NCBI GenBank assembly: GCA_965223345.1
Contig: CBDCWG010000012.1
Coordinates: 448,001 to 512,000 of the forward strand
DNA from: Nitrospinales bacterium
GTDB taxonomy: Bacteria; Nitrospinota; Nitrospinia; Nitrospinales; VA-1
DNA length: 64,000 bases
Direction: 5' to 3'
Shown here: positions 45,470 to 55,788 of the stretch, one piece after another
Layout: every line of letters starts with the position of its first letter
How positions within the stretch are numbered: position 1 is the stretch's first letter
The notes under the pieces: generated by a model
What the model was told of the DNA's origin: nothing
The model's input: only the letters and a program-made list of their open reading frames with translations
Databases searched by the model: none
Made by a program: the position numbers and the translations under genes

Positions 45470-46012
45470 GATTCAAACTTCCTCGGATAAGGATTTGCGG
45501 ATTTGTGCTTTGAGGACCCCGGATTGAACGATTTCGGCTGGGATCGCACGCCGTTTTTTTAGAGGTTGATGCTCATTCCATTTTAGCAAAAGGAACCAAT
45601 TATACAAGGATTTATTTTCCCTCCCCCGATGCCCCATAAGCCATTAAATCCTTTAACGTTTCCATGATTTCAGGACTGCGAATGCGGCCCGGTTTCGGGG
45701 GCTCTGAAGGGGGGCAAAAATCCCGGCGTTTTGCTTTTTTCACAACGCAAAATTCACCATCGTTTTGAATCGGGAACGCTTGTGAGGATCCTGAGAAAAT
45801 TTTCCGTTTTTTCCGCGACGAAAAATTTTTTTCCTCACGTCATTGCGCGCCGGTCCACCCGCAAAAAAAATTGATTTTTTTTCAGCGCGTGCGAATGCGC
45901 GGCGCCGGCAGCGTGCGGAAACAGCGTCAAAAGCCCGCAACCTGTCAAAACGATGACAACATCAGCGGCAAATTTATCAGGGTTTTGACGGTTCGGTTGG
46001 GAGATTCTGCGA

Positions 46013-49000
46013 TCAGGAGTAACCGGCGTCTTTGTGAAAGCAGACAGCGGCGGCGGTGGTGCTGGGCGGGTCGAATTCGTTCGATCCGGTCAGCGTGACG
46101 CCGATGTCCTCGGCCTTGAGGACTTCCCAAATGATTTTGTTGTTGATCAGATCGACGATGGCGGGATAGCCGGGGCTGTAGCGCTGCCCGTTTTTTTCTT
46201 TTTTGTAGCCCGCACGCTCGCGCAGCAGGCGGTGGATGTATTCGGCCAGATCCTCGGTGACCCGGTCGCAAAGCCCCTGCAGATACAAGGCGGATTCCGA
46301 GTCCTGCTCTTTTTTGAAATCGGCGATGACCTTTTCCACCTCGGAGCCTGCGGTGGTGATCTGCAGGCCGATGGCGTCCATGCGGCCGGAGCTTTTGGGA
46401 TAAAAATACTGCGCGACGGAGAACTTGTCCTTGCCGCCCTTGCCGATGCACACGGTGAAGTGCAGCCGGGCGATCTCTTTTTTCAAATCGTTGGGATCGA
46501 AGATCAGCACATCGTCGCCTTCCGACTGCGCCGGCAGCAGGGCGAACCGGGCCTTGGGCTGAATCCAGCCGTTCTTGCCGGCGGCCTCCATCCATTCTTT
46601 TTCAAGCGCTTTGAGCTGTTCGAGCGTCACGCCCTTCTGTTTCCAGGACGACTTCTTGCCATACTTCCAGTTGAGCGAATACAGGCTCTTGGTGTCGATG
46701 TTGGGGCTCAGTTTGTTGAGCTTGAACTCGACCTTGTGCACGCCGAACCCGTCGCGGGGAACCTCATGATTTTTAAAGCTCACGTTGCGGCGCGACAGCT
46801 TTTCCAGCAGTTCGTCCTGCGCTTCCTGCATGCCCTTGGCGCGCTGGTACTCGCGGATCAGCCGCTCCCTGTTCGACTCGATGTACTGGGCGCGGGCACT
46901 TGCATCCTGCAGCGCGTTCATGGTGTTGACCCCGTCCATGCCGCTCTCGCAGTAAAACACGTTGTCGAGAATCTTCCCGGTCTCGCCCTGTCCGTGCATG
47001 GCCACGTAGCCCGCGTGCCGGTGGTTGACCGGCGCGCCGCCGATCAGGATGGGCAGGCTGCAGGCCCGTTCGGCCAGCATGCGCGCCACGGTGATCATGT
47101 GGTTGGAGGTCTGCACCAGAAGCGCGCTCATGCCGATGGCGTCGGCGTTTTCCTGTTTGGCGGTCTCGATGAAGCGTTCCAGCGGCACCTGCACGCCGAG
47201 ATCGATGACGCGGTAGCCGTAGTTTTCCAGCAACGTTTTGGCGAGGTCCTTGCCGATGCTGTGCACGTCCTGATAGACCGTGCCGATGACCACCACGCCT
47301 TTGTATTCAATCACCGAGCCTTCGGTGACGCCGCTCTGCACGCGCATGAGCCACTCCAGATACTCCATGACGCCGCGCATGACGTCGGCGCTTTTCAACA
47401 GATGCGGCAGGCTCACCTCGCCGCGGCCGAAGCCGTCGCCCAGCTCGCGCATGGCTTTCATCAGGTACTCGCTGATGAAATCGAGAGGCGCGTGCGTTTT
47501 CACCGCCTCGACCACATCGAGCACAATGCGGTCGCGGTACTGAAAACTCTGGCCTTCGACGTCGAGCGCACCCTGTTCCTTCTGCTTGTAGCCGTCCTTG
47601 ATCTTCTGGCAGATCCGCTCTTCGAGTGTGAGTCCCTTATAATCGACCTTCTTCTGCACCGCGCCGGTCTTCTTGGTGACGGCGATCTGTTCCAGCTCCT
47701 CGAACGCTTCCATGTCGCGGTGCAGGATGACTTTGCGCGCGAGATCCACGTCGTGCTGGGTCAGGCTTTCCAGCGGCACGTAGTGATTGGGGTTTAAAAT
47801 GGCGCAGTCCAGCCCCACCTTGCGCGCCTCGTCGAGGAACACGCTGGTGAGCACCTTGCGCATGTAGGGTTTCTGCCCGAGGCCGTTGGTCAGGTTGCCC
47901 ACGCCGATGGAGGTTTTGAGATCGGGATGGATCGCCTTGATGCGCGGCAGGCAGCTCAGGGTTTCGGCGCAGAAGTTGAGCCCCTCCACCGATTCGCTGC
48001 CGATGGGGTAGGCGTTGACGTCGATCAAAAGCTGGTCCGGCCCGACGCCGCGCTCGCCCGCCAGCTTGACGATTTCCGCGGCGAGGTCGTATTTTTCTTG
48101 CGCCGTCTGCCCCGGCCCTTCGGGACCGTTCACCAGCGCGATGTAGACCGGGTTGTGTGCGGCCGTGCCGTCGAGCACCGCCTCGAGTTTGGAGACCCCT
48201 TCTTCGTATTCTTCCAGGCTGATGGAATTGATGATAGGCCGGCCGGGATAGGTTTCGATCGCCCGGTTGAGCGCCTCGACGGAAAAACTGTCGATGCACA
48301 TCACGCCTTTGAAATCGCTCGTCAGATCGTGGATCAGTTGAGGCAGCAGGGTTTCGGTTTCGACGATGTTGCTGTCCATGCACACGTCGATGATGTCGAT
48401 GCCCAGATCCTGCACCTGCTCGGTGACCACTTCCTCCAGCACCGGCAGCTGCACGTCCCCGGAAGACTCGACGGCGTCGCGCACTTTCTTGCTGCCGCGC
48501 ACGTTGAGCCGTTCGCCGATGCGGATCAGGCTTTCGGCCCCGTCCAGAGCCACGGCGTTCTGCGGGCCGGAAACGTAGCACTGCGGTTCGATTTCATTCT
48601 TCCTGCGCTCGACAATCTGGATGCGCTCTTTGAGCGCCCGGATGTGCGCCGGGGTGGTGCCACAGCAGCCGCCGACGATGGACACGCCGTGTTGCTCGAC
48701 AAATTCGGCGACCGCCTCGGCCATCTTGCCGGGTTCGAGCTGGTAGCAGGTCTTGCCGTCCACGGACACCGGCTGGCCGGCGTTGGGCACGACGGAGATG
48801 GGAAGCGCCGCAAACCGGCTCATCTTCTGCACGGCCTGGGTCATCAATTCGGGGCCGACGTTGCAGTTGATGCCGAACACGTCGATCCCCATGCCCGCGA
48901 CCGCCGTGTGGGCGGCGTGGATGTCGGTGTTGAAAATCTGCATCTTGGCGTGCTGGTCCACCGTCACCTGCACCATGATGGGAAGCGCGGCGTTCTTTTC

Positions 49001-49627
49001 CTTCAGCGCCCGCTTGGCCCCGAGGATCGCGGCTTTGGTTTCGAGGATGTCCTGCTGCGTCTCGAACAACAACACGTCCACACCGCCGTCGATCAACCCG
49101 AGGACCTGAAGATAAAAATTTTCCTCGATCTGCCGGAACGTGGCCTTGCTCAGATTGGCCTGGGTGCTGGACACGACGTAGTTGGACGGACCGATGGACC
49201 CCGCCACGAACAGAGCGCGGCCGTCGTACTCGGGACTGTTCTTGTAGCGCTCCACCGCATCTCTGGCGATTTGGCCGCCGAGGCAGTTGAGCTGCTGCGT
49301 GATCGCCTTGAGATCGCAGGCGGAAAGGTCGAGTCCTTCCGGCAGCGCCTGGATATCGTCGGTGTCGATGCGGGAAAAATCGAATTCCTTGAGACGCAGC
49401 GGCGACGCGCCGAACGTGTTGGTCTCGATGATGTCCGCGCCGGCCTCGAGATATTTCAAATGAATGCCTTCCAGATCTTTGGGACGGGAAAACACCAGAA
49501 GATCGGTCAGCATCTTGAACTCTTCGCCGCCGAACGCGGCGTCGGTGAGTTCCAGGTTCTGCACCATGGTTCCCATGGCGCCGTCCATGACCAGAACTTT
49601 CTTTTCTAATTCACTGGCAAACGTCAT
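46013..49627 (-). CDS. metH: Cobalamin-dependent methionine synthase
   Basis: DGAMGT, GINC and GGCCG Zn ligands, pterin domain IGERLN, DVHSIG..SAL..GGA B12 motif, RYSPGYPA. Confidence 0.93.
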   Translation of the reverse strand: MTFASELEKKVLVMDGAMGTMVQNLELTDAAFGGEEFKMLTDLLVFSRPKDLEGIHLKYLEAGADIIETNTFGASPLRLKEFDFSRIDTDDIQALPEGLDLSACDLKAITQQLNCLGGQIARDAVERYKNSPEYDGRALFVAGSIGPSNYVVSSTQANLSKATFRQIEENFYLQVLGLIDGGVDVLLFETQQDILETKAAILGAKRALKEKNAALPIMVQVTVDQHAKMQIFNTDIHAAHTAVAGMGIDVFGINCNVGPELMTQAVQKMSRFAALPISVVPNAGQPVSVDGKTCYQLEPGKMAEAVAEFVEQHGVSIVGGCCGTTPAHIRALKERIQIVERRKNEIEPQCYVSGPQNAVALDGAESLIRIGERLNVRGSKKVRDAVESSGDVQLPVLEEVVTEQVQDLGIDIIDVCMDSNIVETETLLPQLIHDLTSDFKGVMCIDSFSVEALNRAIETYPGRPIINSISLEEYEEGVSKLEAVLDGTAAHNPVYIALVNGPEGPGQTAQEKYDLAAEIVKLAGERGVGPDQLLIDVNAYPIGSESVEGLNFCAETLSCLPRIKAIHPDLKTSIGVGNLTNGLGQKPYMRKVLTSVFLDEARKVGLDCAILNPNHYVPLESLTQHDVDLARKVILHRDMEAFEELEQIAVTKKTGAVQKKVDYKGLTLEERICQKIKDGYKQKEQGALDVEGQSFQYRDRIVLDVVEAVKTHAPLDFISEYLMKAMRELGDGFGRGEVSLPHLLKSADVMRGVMEYLEWLMRVQSGVTEGSVIEYKGVVVIGTVYQDVHSIGKDLAKTLLENYGYRVIDLGVQVPLERFIETAKQENADAIGMSALLVQTSNHMITVARMLAERACSLPILIGGAPVNHRHAGYVAMHGQGETGKILDNVFYCESGMDGVNTMNALQDASARAQYIESNRERLIREYQRAKGMQEAQDELLEKLSRRNVSFKNHEVPRDGFGVHKVEFKLNKLSPNIDTKSLYSLNWKYGKKSSWKQKGVTLEQLKALEKEWMEAAGKNGWIQPKARFALLPAQSEGDDVLIFDPNDLKKEIARLHFTVCIGKGGKDKFSVAQYFYPKSSGRMDAIGLQITTAGSEVEKVIADFKKEQDSESALYLQGLCDRVTEDLAEYIHRLLRERAGYKKEKNGQRYSPGYPAIVDLINNKIIWEVLKAEDIGVTLTGSNEFDPPSTTAAAVCFHKDAGYS

Positions 49628-49890
49628 GATTCTCCGCGAAAAAAATACCCGGGCTGTTCCTGCAGCTGTTTTAGGGGCTCGGTGTTATCGGGGGTGGGAA
49701 ATCGAATCCGGCTTTAAGAAATAAAGCTATTTTGAAGCAATTGCAAAAAAATTGCACACGCAAATTGCTGCCCTCCGCACAAGCACGCCCCGCAAGGCTT
49801 GCAGCGCCCCCTTCGAAGCATTGAGAACGATGCCTGGATTATAGCATTGTCGCCGCTGTGCCCGGCCGTTTTCACCACGAAGGGGGCGTT

Positions 49891-52287
49891 TTAAACTTCG
49901 TCACTCCCGGTTGCGGACCCGGGACGCTGCGGCAGGGTGAGAATGAAGGTGGAACCGAGGCCCGGCCGGCTTTCCGCGGTGAGGGCGCCGCCGTGGCGTT
50001 CCACGATTTTGCGGCAGATGGACAGCCCCATGCCCGAGCCTTCGTACTCGCTGCGGCCGTGCAGGCGTTCGAAGGGCTCGAAGATGCGTTCCAGTTGATC
50101 GGGTTCAAACCCGATGCCGTTGTCCTGCACGCGGATCTCATGATGCCCGGACGCCAGCGGACGGTGGCGGATCGTCACCTCCGGCGGTTCTCCCGGCTTG
50201 TGAAATTTCAGCGCGTTGGAAATCAGATTCTGAAACAACTGGTGCATCTGCATGCGGTCCGCTTCGAGTTCGGGCAGCGGGTCCACCTGCACCCTGCCCT
50301 GGGTCTGGGTGAGCAGGGTCTCCAGCATGGCCAGGGTTCCCTCGACCACTTCGCTCAAACGGATCTTCTGAAACAACGCGGTGCCCTTGATGGAGACCCG
50401 CGAATACTGCAACAGGTCCTCGATGAGCCCCTGCATCCGGTGCACAGCGCGCTCCATGCGGTCGAGGTAGTCCTGTCCTTTCACACCGAGATTTTCGGAA
50501 CAGTCCTTGCGCAGACGGTCGGAAAACGCCGTGACTTTGCGCAGCGGTTCCTGAAGATCGTGCGAGGCGGTGGCGGCGAAGTTCCGCAGCTCCCGGTTGC
50601 TGCGTTCCAGCTCCTGGGTGTAGGAGCGCGAGGGCTCGCGCGCCCCGCGGCTTTCCTGGATCTCCTGACGCAAGCGCTCGTTGATGCGCAGCAACTCGCG
50701 GGTGCGGTCGCGCACGCGCTGTTCCAGATCCGCCTCGCCGGCTTGCGGTTGCGGGGTTTCCCGCCGTTGCGGTTGCGCTTCGACCGCCGGGATTTGCGTT
50801 TCCACGCCCCGGTATCCGAGAAACGCCCCCGCTTCGCCCCAGATCGGCGACGCCTGCGATTTCAGATACACACGGGTTCCTTCCTTGTGCACGTAGGGAA
50901 ACAGCACGCCTTCGATTTTCCCCCTTTTGGCGAACACGTTGAACGCGGTGGTCTTCGCTTCTTCACGGCAGGCCGGATCGAACAGGTCGAAAAAGAATTT
51001 TTTCCCCACCAGATCCCCGGGCGCGTGCCCCAAGAAGTCCTGCACGGCGTCGCTGCAATACGTGAACGTTCCCTGCGCATCGACCTCCCAGATCCACACA
51101 GCTTCCACCGGCTGGGCGCTGTGCGATTCGCTCTTCTTCAGAGCCGCGGCGGTGCGCTTGAGATCTTCCTCCACCGTTTTGAGCCGTTGCTCGCGCAGCG
51201 AGGCTTCTTTCTCGATCCGCTGCTTCACCGCTTCCAGGCTTGAGATGCGCTCTTCCTGCTGCCGGTGCGCCGATTGCAGCGATTCGCGTTCCTGCCGCAG
51301 GCGGTCGAGGAACGACCCGCTCTCCAGCAGGTCGGCTTCCAGCTTGAGCCACAGTTTCTCCATCTGCACCAGTTTGTCTTCCTTATCTTTGAGTGCGCGC
51401 CCGGCCTGAAGCAGAGCGTCGTTGAGGCGGGACAATTCTTTATCATGATCCGCCTGCAAGCGTTCGAGCTTGAGCCGTTCGTTGTCCGACTGCTCGAGCT
51501 GGGTGCCGGCGGCCAGCAGATCGCGCTCGGCCTGTTGCAGGTTCTTTTTCACGAGGCGCAACTGTTCCTCTTTTTTCCACACATCGTCGCGCAACCGGTC
51601 GCGCTCTTCCTTTGTCCGCGCCTGTTCGGCCTGCGCTTCTTCCCGTTCCGCAGACACGCGCGCCTGTTCGGCCTCCGCTTCGCTGCGCTTTTGTTTCTCC
51701 TGTTCCAGTTTTTCTTCCAGCGCGTGCTTTTCTTCCTGCGATTGCGCCAGCACGTTCTCTTTGATCAGCAGGTCGGCGCTCAATGTGCGGCAGTCTTCCT
51801 GCACGCGTTCGAGCGATCGGCGTTTTTCCAGCAGGCTTTCTTCTATCTGTTTTTTTTCGTGGTCGAGCCGGTGGATGTGGACGTTCTGCGTATTCAGGGC
51901 CTGTTCGAATTCCTCGCGTTTCTCGCGGGCTTTTTTCTGCATCAGGCCCGCAACGGCTGTGAGCCAGATGACGAAAACAGCGGCGCCGCGATTGGAAATT
52001 TCCTGCACGAATTCTGTGGGCGGGAACAGCAGGTAAAAACCCAGACCGGTCAGCAGGGTGCCGCCGACGGCGGCAGTGAGGATGTAGGCGCGGCCGGGCC
52101 ACGCCACGCCGATGAGCACCACCAGCGCGTAGCCGACGCAAACGGCGATGCCGCCCCCCAGCCAGAGGTCGAGCCCGAACACATCGGCGGCGATGAACAG
52201 GCCACCGAGGATGAGCAGGGGATCCCCGCCTTGATTTTTCTGGACGTCCGCCGTCATCGCAATGCCCCAGGGTGTTGAGATTCCCAT
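49891..52287 (-). CDS. Membrane histidine kinase with long coiled coil and PAS domain
   Basis: Hydrophobic N-terminus, E/Q/K/R-rich heptad region, PAS, SHDLQEPLRK, DNGIG, GMGLSIC. Confidence 0.9.
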   Translation of the reverse strand: MGISTPWGIAMTADVQKNQGGDPLLILGGLFIAADVFGLDLWLGGGIAVCVGYALVVLIGVAWPGRAYILTAAVGGTLLTGLGFYLLFPPTEFVQEISNRGAAVFVIWLTAVAGLMQKKAREKREEFEQALNTQNVHIHRLDHEKKQIEESLLEKRRSLERVQEDCRTLSADLLIKENVLAQSQEEKHALEEKLEQEKQKRSEAEAEQARVSAEREEAQAEQARTKEERDRLRDDVWKKEEQLRLVKKNLQQAERDLLAAGTQLEQSDNERLKLERLQADHDKELSRLNDALLQAGRALKDKEDKLVQMEKLWLKLEADLLESGSFLDRLRQERESLQSAHRQQEERISSLEAVKQRIEKEASLREQRLKTVEEDLKRTAAALKKSESHSAQPVEAVWIWEVDAQGTFTYCSDAVQDFLGHAPGDLVGKKFFFDLFDPACREEAKTTAFNVFAKRGKIEGVLFPYVHKEGTRVYLKSQASPIWGEAGAFLGYRGVETQIPAVEAQPQRRETPQPQAGEADLEQRVRDRTRELLRINERLRQEIQESRGAREPSRSYTQELERSNRELRNFAATASHDLQEPLRKVTAFSDRLRKDCSENLGVKGQDYLDRMERAVHRMQGLIEDLLQYSRVSIKGTALFQKIRLSEVVEGTLAMLETLLTQTQGRVQVDPLPELEADRMQMHQLFQNLISNALKFHKPGEPPEVTIRHRPLASGHHEIRVQDNGIGFEPDQLERIFEPFERLHGRSEYEGSGMGLSICRKIVERHGGALTAESRPGLGSTFILTLPQRPGSATGSDEV

Positions 52288-52397
52288 AAGTTACAGACAT
52301 ACCTACCTGTTTTCAACGGCATAATGTATACTCAAGGCTTCATCCCTACAGGTTGTTTCTGAAGTCGCCCGTTTCTTTTTCAGGAGTTCGGAATGCC

Positions 52398-53561
52398 ATG
52401 AAAAAAACCCGTGTTAGCGCCCACTTCACCCACACGCAACGCAATCTGACCGGCTGGTTCTGTTTGATTTTTTTTCTGGCCGCCGTCACGAACGCCAACT
52501 GCTCGGGCCTGAATCCTCCCGACATCTCCCGTCTGAACCTCACGATTCCGGCGGGCGTTTCGTTGACTCTGTTCGCCAACAACGTCCCGGCGGCGCGCCA
52601 CATGGCGTTCGACGACCAGGGCATCCTGTTTCTCAGCCAGCACCGTGCCGGCAAGGTGGTGGCGCTGCCCGATAAAGACAAGGACGGACGCTCCGACCAA
52701 GCCGTGGAAATTCTGGTCAACCGCAAGACTCCGCACGGTCTCGCTTTCGTTCAACTCGACTCGGGCTATTACCTTTATGTGGCCGAGGAGCACCAGGTCG
52801 TGCGCCTGAAGCGCACCGGCAAACCCTACAGCTACGGCAAGCCGAAAGTGATCGTATCCGGCATCCCCGAAGGCGGCCATTCCACCCGCACCATCAAAAT
52901 CAAAGACGGCAAGCTCTACCTTTCGGTGGGATCGTCCTGCAATGTCTGCCTGGAGAAACACCGGTACCGGTCGGCCATCATCCGCTTCGACCTGGACGGG
53001 TCGAACGAAGAGATCTTCGCGGAGGGCCTGCGCAATTCGGTGGGCATCGAGTTTTCCCCCTACAGCGGCGAGCTCTGGGGCGTGAACAACGGGCGCGACC
53101 GGCTGGGCGACGACACGCCGCGCGAGGAACTCAACATCATCCGTCAGGGCAAGCACTACGGCTGGCCCTACTGCTACGAGGACCGCGTGTTCGACACGGA
53201 TTTCAACAAACCGTTCGACTGCGCGAAAACCGTGCCGCCCGCCCACACTTTCACCGCGCACATGGCGCCTTTGGGGCTGGTGTTTTACCAGAACGGAAGC
53301 CTGCCGGAAAAATACAACAACAGCGTGTTCGTTTCCTTCCACGGTTCGTGGAACCGCTCGGTGCCGGCGGGTTACAAGGTGATGCGTGTGATCCTCAACG
53401 AAAAGGGCGAGATCGTCTCCGACGAGGACTTCATCACGGGCTGGCTGAAAGAGGGCGGCAAGCGCGACGGACGGCCGGTGGATATGGAACAGTCGCCGGA
53501 AGGGGACCTCTACCTGTCCGACGACACGCTGGGGGTGGTCTACAAAATCTCCGGCCGCTGA
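52398..53561 (+). CDS. PQQ-dependent sugar/sorbosone dehydrogenase-like beta-propeller
   Basis: Export signal, GSSCNVC, GLRNSVG, YGWPYC, AHMAPLG, HGSWNR, GRPVD. Confidence 0.88.
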   Translation: MKKTRVSAHFTHTQRNLTGWFCLIFFLAAVTNANCSGLNPPDISRLNLTIPAGVSLTLFANNVPAARHMAFDDQGILFLSQHRAGKVVALPDKDKDGRSDQAVEILVNRKTPHGLAFVQLDSGYYLYVAEEHQVVRLKRTGKPYSYGKPKVIVSGIPEGGHSTRTIKIKDGKLYLSVGSSCNVCLEKHRYRSAIIRFDLDGSNEEIFAEGLRNSVGIEFSPYSGELWGVNNGRDRLGDDTPREELNIIRQGKHYGWPYCYEDRVFDTDFNKPFDCAKTVPPAHTFTAHMAPLGLVFYQNGSLPEKYNNSVFVSFHGSWNRSVPAGYKVMRVILNEKGEIVSDEDFITGWLKEGGKRDGRPVDMEQSPEGDLYLSDDTLGVVYKISGR

Positions 53562-53567
53562 GCGGAT

Positions 53568-54455
53568 TTATGTGAGGTTTTTTTCGGGTTCTTTTTTCTG
53601 ACTGAACAGCGGCTTGCGGTCCTTGGCGCAGCGGAATCCCACGTCCTTTTTCCTGGAAAAGGGATGCAGTTTTTCGCGAAAGCTGGCGCGCGCTTTCAGG
53701 GCGAGGACTCTCTTGTACTCCTTGCCCTTGAAATGCCCGACGCTCAGGTAGGAGAGGCCGCGCACCACGATGAAATTTTTATCGTATTCCTCTGAGTGGT
53801 AGGTGCTGCCCTCGTAGGGGCGGTAATAATCCCACACCCATTCCCAGACGTTTCCGATCATGTCGTGCACCCCGAACGGGCTTTGTCCCTGCGGGTAGCT
53901 GCCGACGGGCTTGAGCCCGTGACCGGTTTTTTTTCTGGCGGACGGGCTGAGGTTCGCCGCATCGGGATCGAAATCGTTTCCCCAGGGAAAGTAATTGCCC
54001 AGCGGACCGCGGGCGGCTTTTTCCCATTCCTCTTCGGTGGGCAGCCGCTTTCCCGCCCATTGGGCGTAGTAGCTGGCGTCGAAGTAGCTCACGTAGGACA
54101 CAGGCCAGTCGCCCTGCCCCTCCGGATATTTGGGGCTGCCCCAGATGGCGGGCGTGCGGTGGCCGGTCGCCTGACAAAAGATGTAGTACTGGCGGTTGGT
54201 CACTTCGTACTGGTCGATGAAATACGCACGCGTGGGCACCCGGCGCTCGGGGGTTTCGTCGATGAACCAGGGTTTGGCGAGCCCCACGCTCAGCGCGTGC
54301 TGTTTTTTATCGACGGCGTCGGTGCCCATGGTGAATTCCCCTGCGGGAATGAGCACCATGCCTTCGGGCGTGGGTTCGAACAGGCAACCGCCGCACAATC
54401 CCAGCGCCGCAAGCAGGGCGAGACACTTCCATTTGAAATGAGAATGCAAAACCAT
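53568..54455 (-). CDS. SUMF1/FGE-sulfatase domain lipoprotein
   Basis: Lipobox-like LCGG-C, MVLIPAGEFTMG, YEVTN, RLPTEEEWEKAARG, DMIGNVWEW, VGFRC. Confidence 0.88.
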   Translation of the reverse strand: MVLHSHFKWKCLALLAALGLCGGCLFEPTPEGMVLIPAGEFTMGTDAVDKKQHALSVGLAKPWFIDETPERRVPTRAYFIDQYEVTNRQYYIFCQATGHRTPAIWGSPKYPEGQGDWPVSYVSYFDASYYAQWAGKRLPTEEEWEKAARGPLGNYFPWGNDFDPDAANLSPSARKKTGHGLKPVGSYPQGQSPFGVHDMIGNVWEWVWDYYRPYEGSTYHSEEYDKNFIVVRGLSYLSVGHFKGKEYKRVLALKARASFREKLHPFSRKKDVGFRCAKDRKPLFSQKKEPEKNLT

Positions 54456-55440
54456 GATCGAATCGTACCCGAACCAGTTTGTTTCTGTGCCTCTGGATTC
54501 CATCGACTCAGAGGACACTCTCACCGACTTTTCCCTGTCTGCCGCTCCCGCCGCGCTTGAGCAATCGATCCGCTCAAGCGGTGTGGTGCACCCGGTCGTC
54601 CTCATGGCGAGCGACGGCCGACACCGCATCGTCTGCGGCCACCGCCGCGTCCGCATCGCGCAGGCGCTGGGCCGGGACTCCATCGCCGCCCGGCTCATCG
54701 AGACGCCGCTGAAGGACAGCGAGCGGCTTTTGCTCAATCTCTCGGAAAACCGCGGTCACCGCGTGTTCAGCGATGTGGAAAAGGGCCTGCTGCTCGCGAA
54801 GCTGTTGCAGGCGGACCTGACCGAAGCCGCGATCATCGATGAGTATATGCCCTGGATCGGATTGGAGCGAAGCAAAAAATGGCTGCAACGGCTTGTTCGG
54901 GTGAGGGAACTGACGCCCGCGCTGCAGCGGTTGCTGCACGAGCTCAACGTCCCGGTCCGGGTGTTCGACCCGCTGCTGCGCTGGAGCGAGGCGGACCGGC
55001 TTGCGACGTTTCCGGTGTTTGCGGCGCTGCGGCCGGGCGTGAACAAATGGCGCGATCTTCTGGAACTGGTGGACGAAATCGCGGTGAAATCGAACCGCTC
55101 CCCGGCGGCGGTGCTGAACGAAACGGAGGTGCGGAGCATTCTGGACGGGGATACGGCGGCGCCGGAAAAATACGCGCTCCTCACGCAGGCGCTGTCCGCA
55201 AAGCGATACCCGCACTGGACGGCCCTGCGCAAACAGGCGGCCCAGGCGATGGACCGGCTCCAACTGGAACCGGAAACCAAAATCCGCGTGCAGGATTCGT
55301 TCGAGTCGAACGAGATGCGCATCGAACTGAAGTTCTATGACAGCAAATCGCTGGTGCGGCAGGTGGAGGCGCTGGACCGGGCGGCCCGGTCCGAGGCGAT
55401 GGCAACGCTGATCGGGATGTTCAGGAATCTGGATGGGTGA
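54454..55440 (+). CDS. ParB/Srx N-terminal domain protein
   Basis: LEQSI...GVVHPV..IVCGHRRV, NLSEN, SDVEK; start may be GTG 54487. Confidence 0.8.
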   Translation: MIESYPNQFVSVPLDSIDSEDTLTDFSLSAAPAALEQSIRSSGVVHPVVLMASDGRHRIVCGHRRVRIAQALGRDSIAARLIETPLKDSERLLLNLSENRGHRVFSDVEKGLLLAKLLQADLTEAAIIDEYMPWIGLERSKKWLQRLVRVRELTPALQRLLHELNVPVRVFDPLLRWSEADRLATFPVFAALRPGVNKWRDLLELVDEIAVKSNRSPAAVLNETEVRSILDGDTAAPEKYALLTQALSAKRYPHWTALRKQAAQAMDRLQLEPETKIRVQDSFESNEMRIELKFYDSKSLVRQVEALDRAARSEAMATLIGMFRNLDG

Positions 55441-55531
55441 AAGCGAAAATACGAGACAGGATGAACAGGATAAAAGCAGGGATAAAATCAGAAAAACCTT
55501 TGCCTCGCGCAAAGGCGCCAAGCCGCAAAGC

Positions 55532-55768
55532 CCCCCTCACCCAAGCCACCCCCAATAATAATAAGCGGGTGGCAGAACAAGTTCTGCACTTCCTCATTAA
55601 ACTAATTTCAAGGAAGGTCGCCAAGCTATGCTCGACGCAATCCTCTCCCCCCTCATAGGGGGGAGAGGAAGATAGTTAGAAAATCATAATGGGTGAAATA
55701 AAGGATAAAGTCGTGAGTTAAAGGACGCTCCCCCTCTCCCCTGGAGGGAGAGGGCTGGGGTGAGGGGG
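55532..55768. repeat. REP/MITE-like palindromic element
   Basis: Terminal IR CCCCCTCACCCAAGCC / GGCTGGGGTGAGGGGG (15/16); internal hairpins TCCTCTCCCCCCT-CAT-AGGGGGGAGAGGA and CCCTCTCCC-CTGGA-GGGAGAGGG. Confidence 0.7.
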
Positions 55769-55788
55769 ATTAAAAGAATTCGTTCTTT

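Noticed and set aside
45470..46012. 540-bp gap upstream of clpC as possible ncRNA or ctsR-mcsAB remnant
   Set aside because: No credible ORF, CtsR/CIRCE box or recognisable RNA motif by eye.
53568..54455. SUMF1-domain protein as an EgtB/OvoA partner of the cupin-methyltransferase
   Set aside because: No DinB-like metal domain, has a lipoprotein signal, and is not co-transcribed with the fusion gene.
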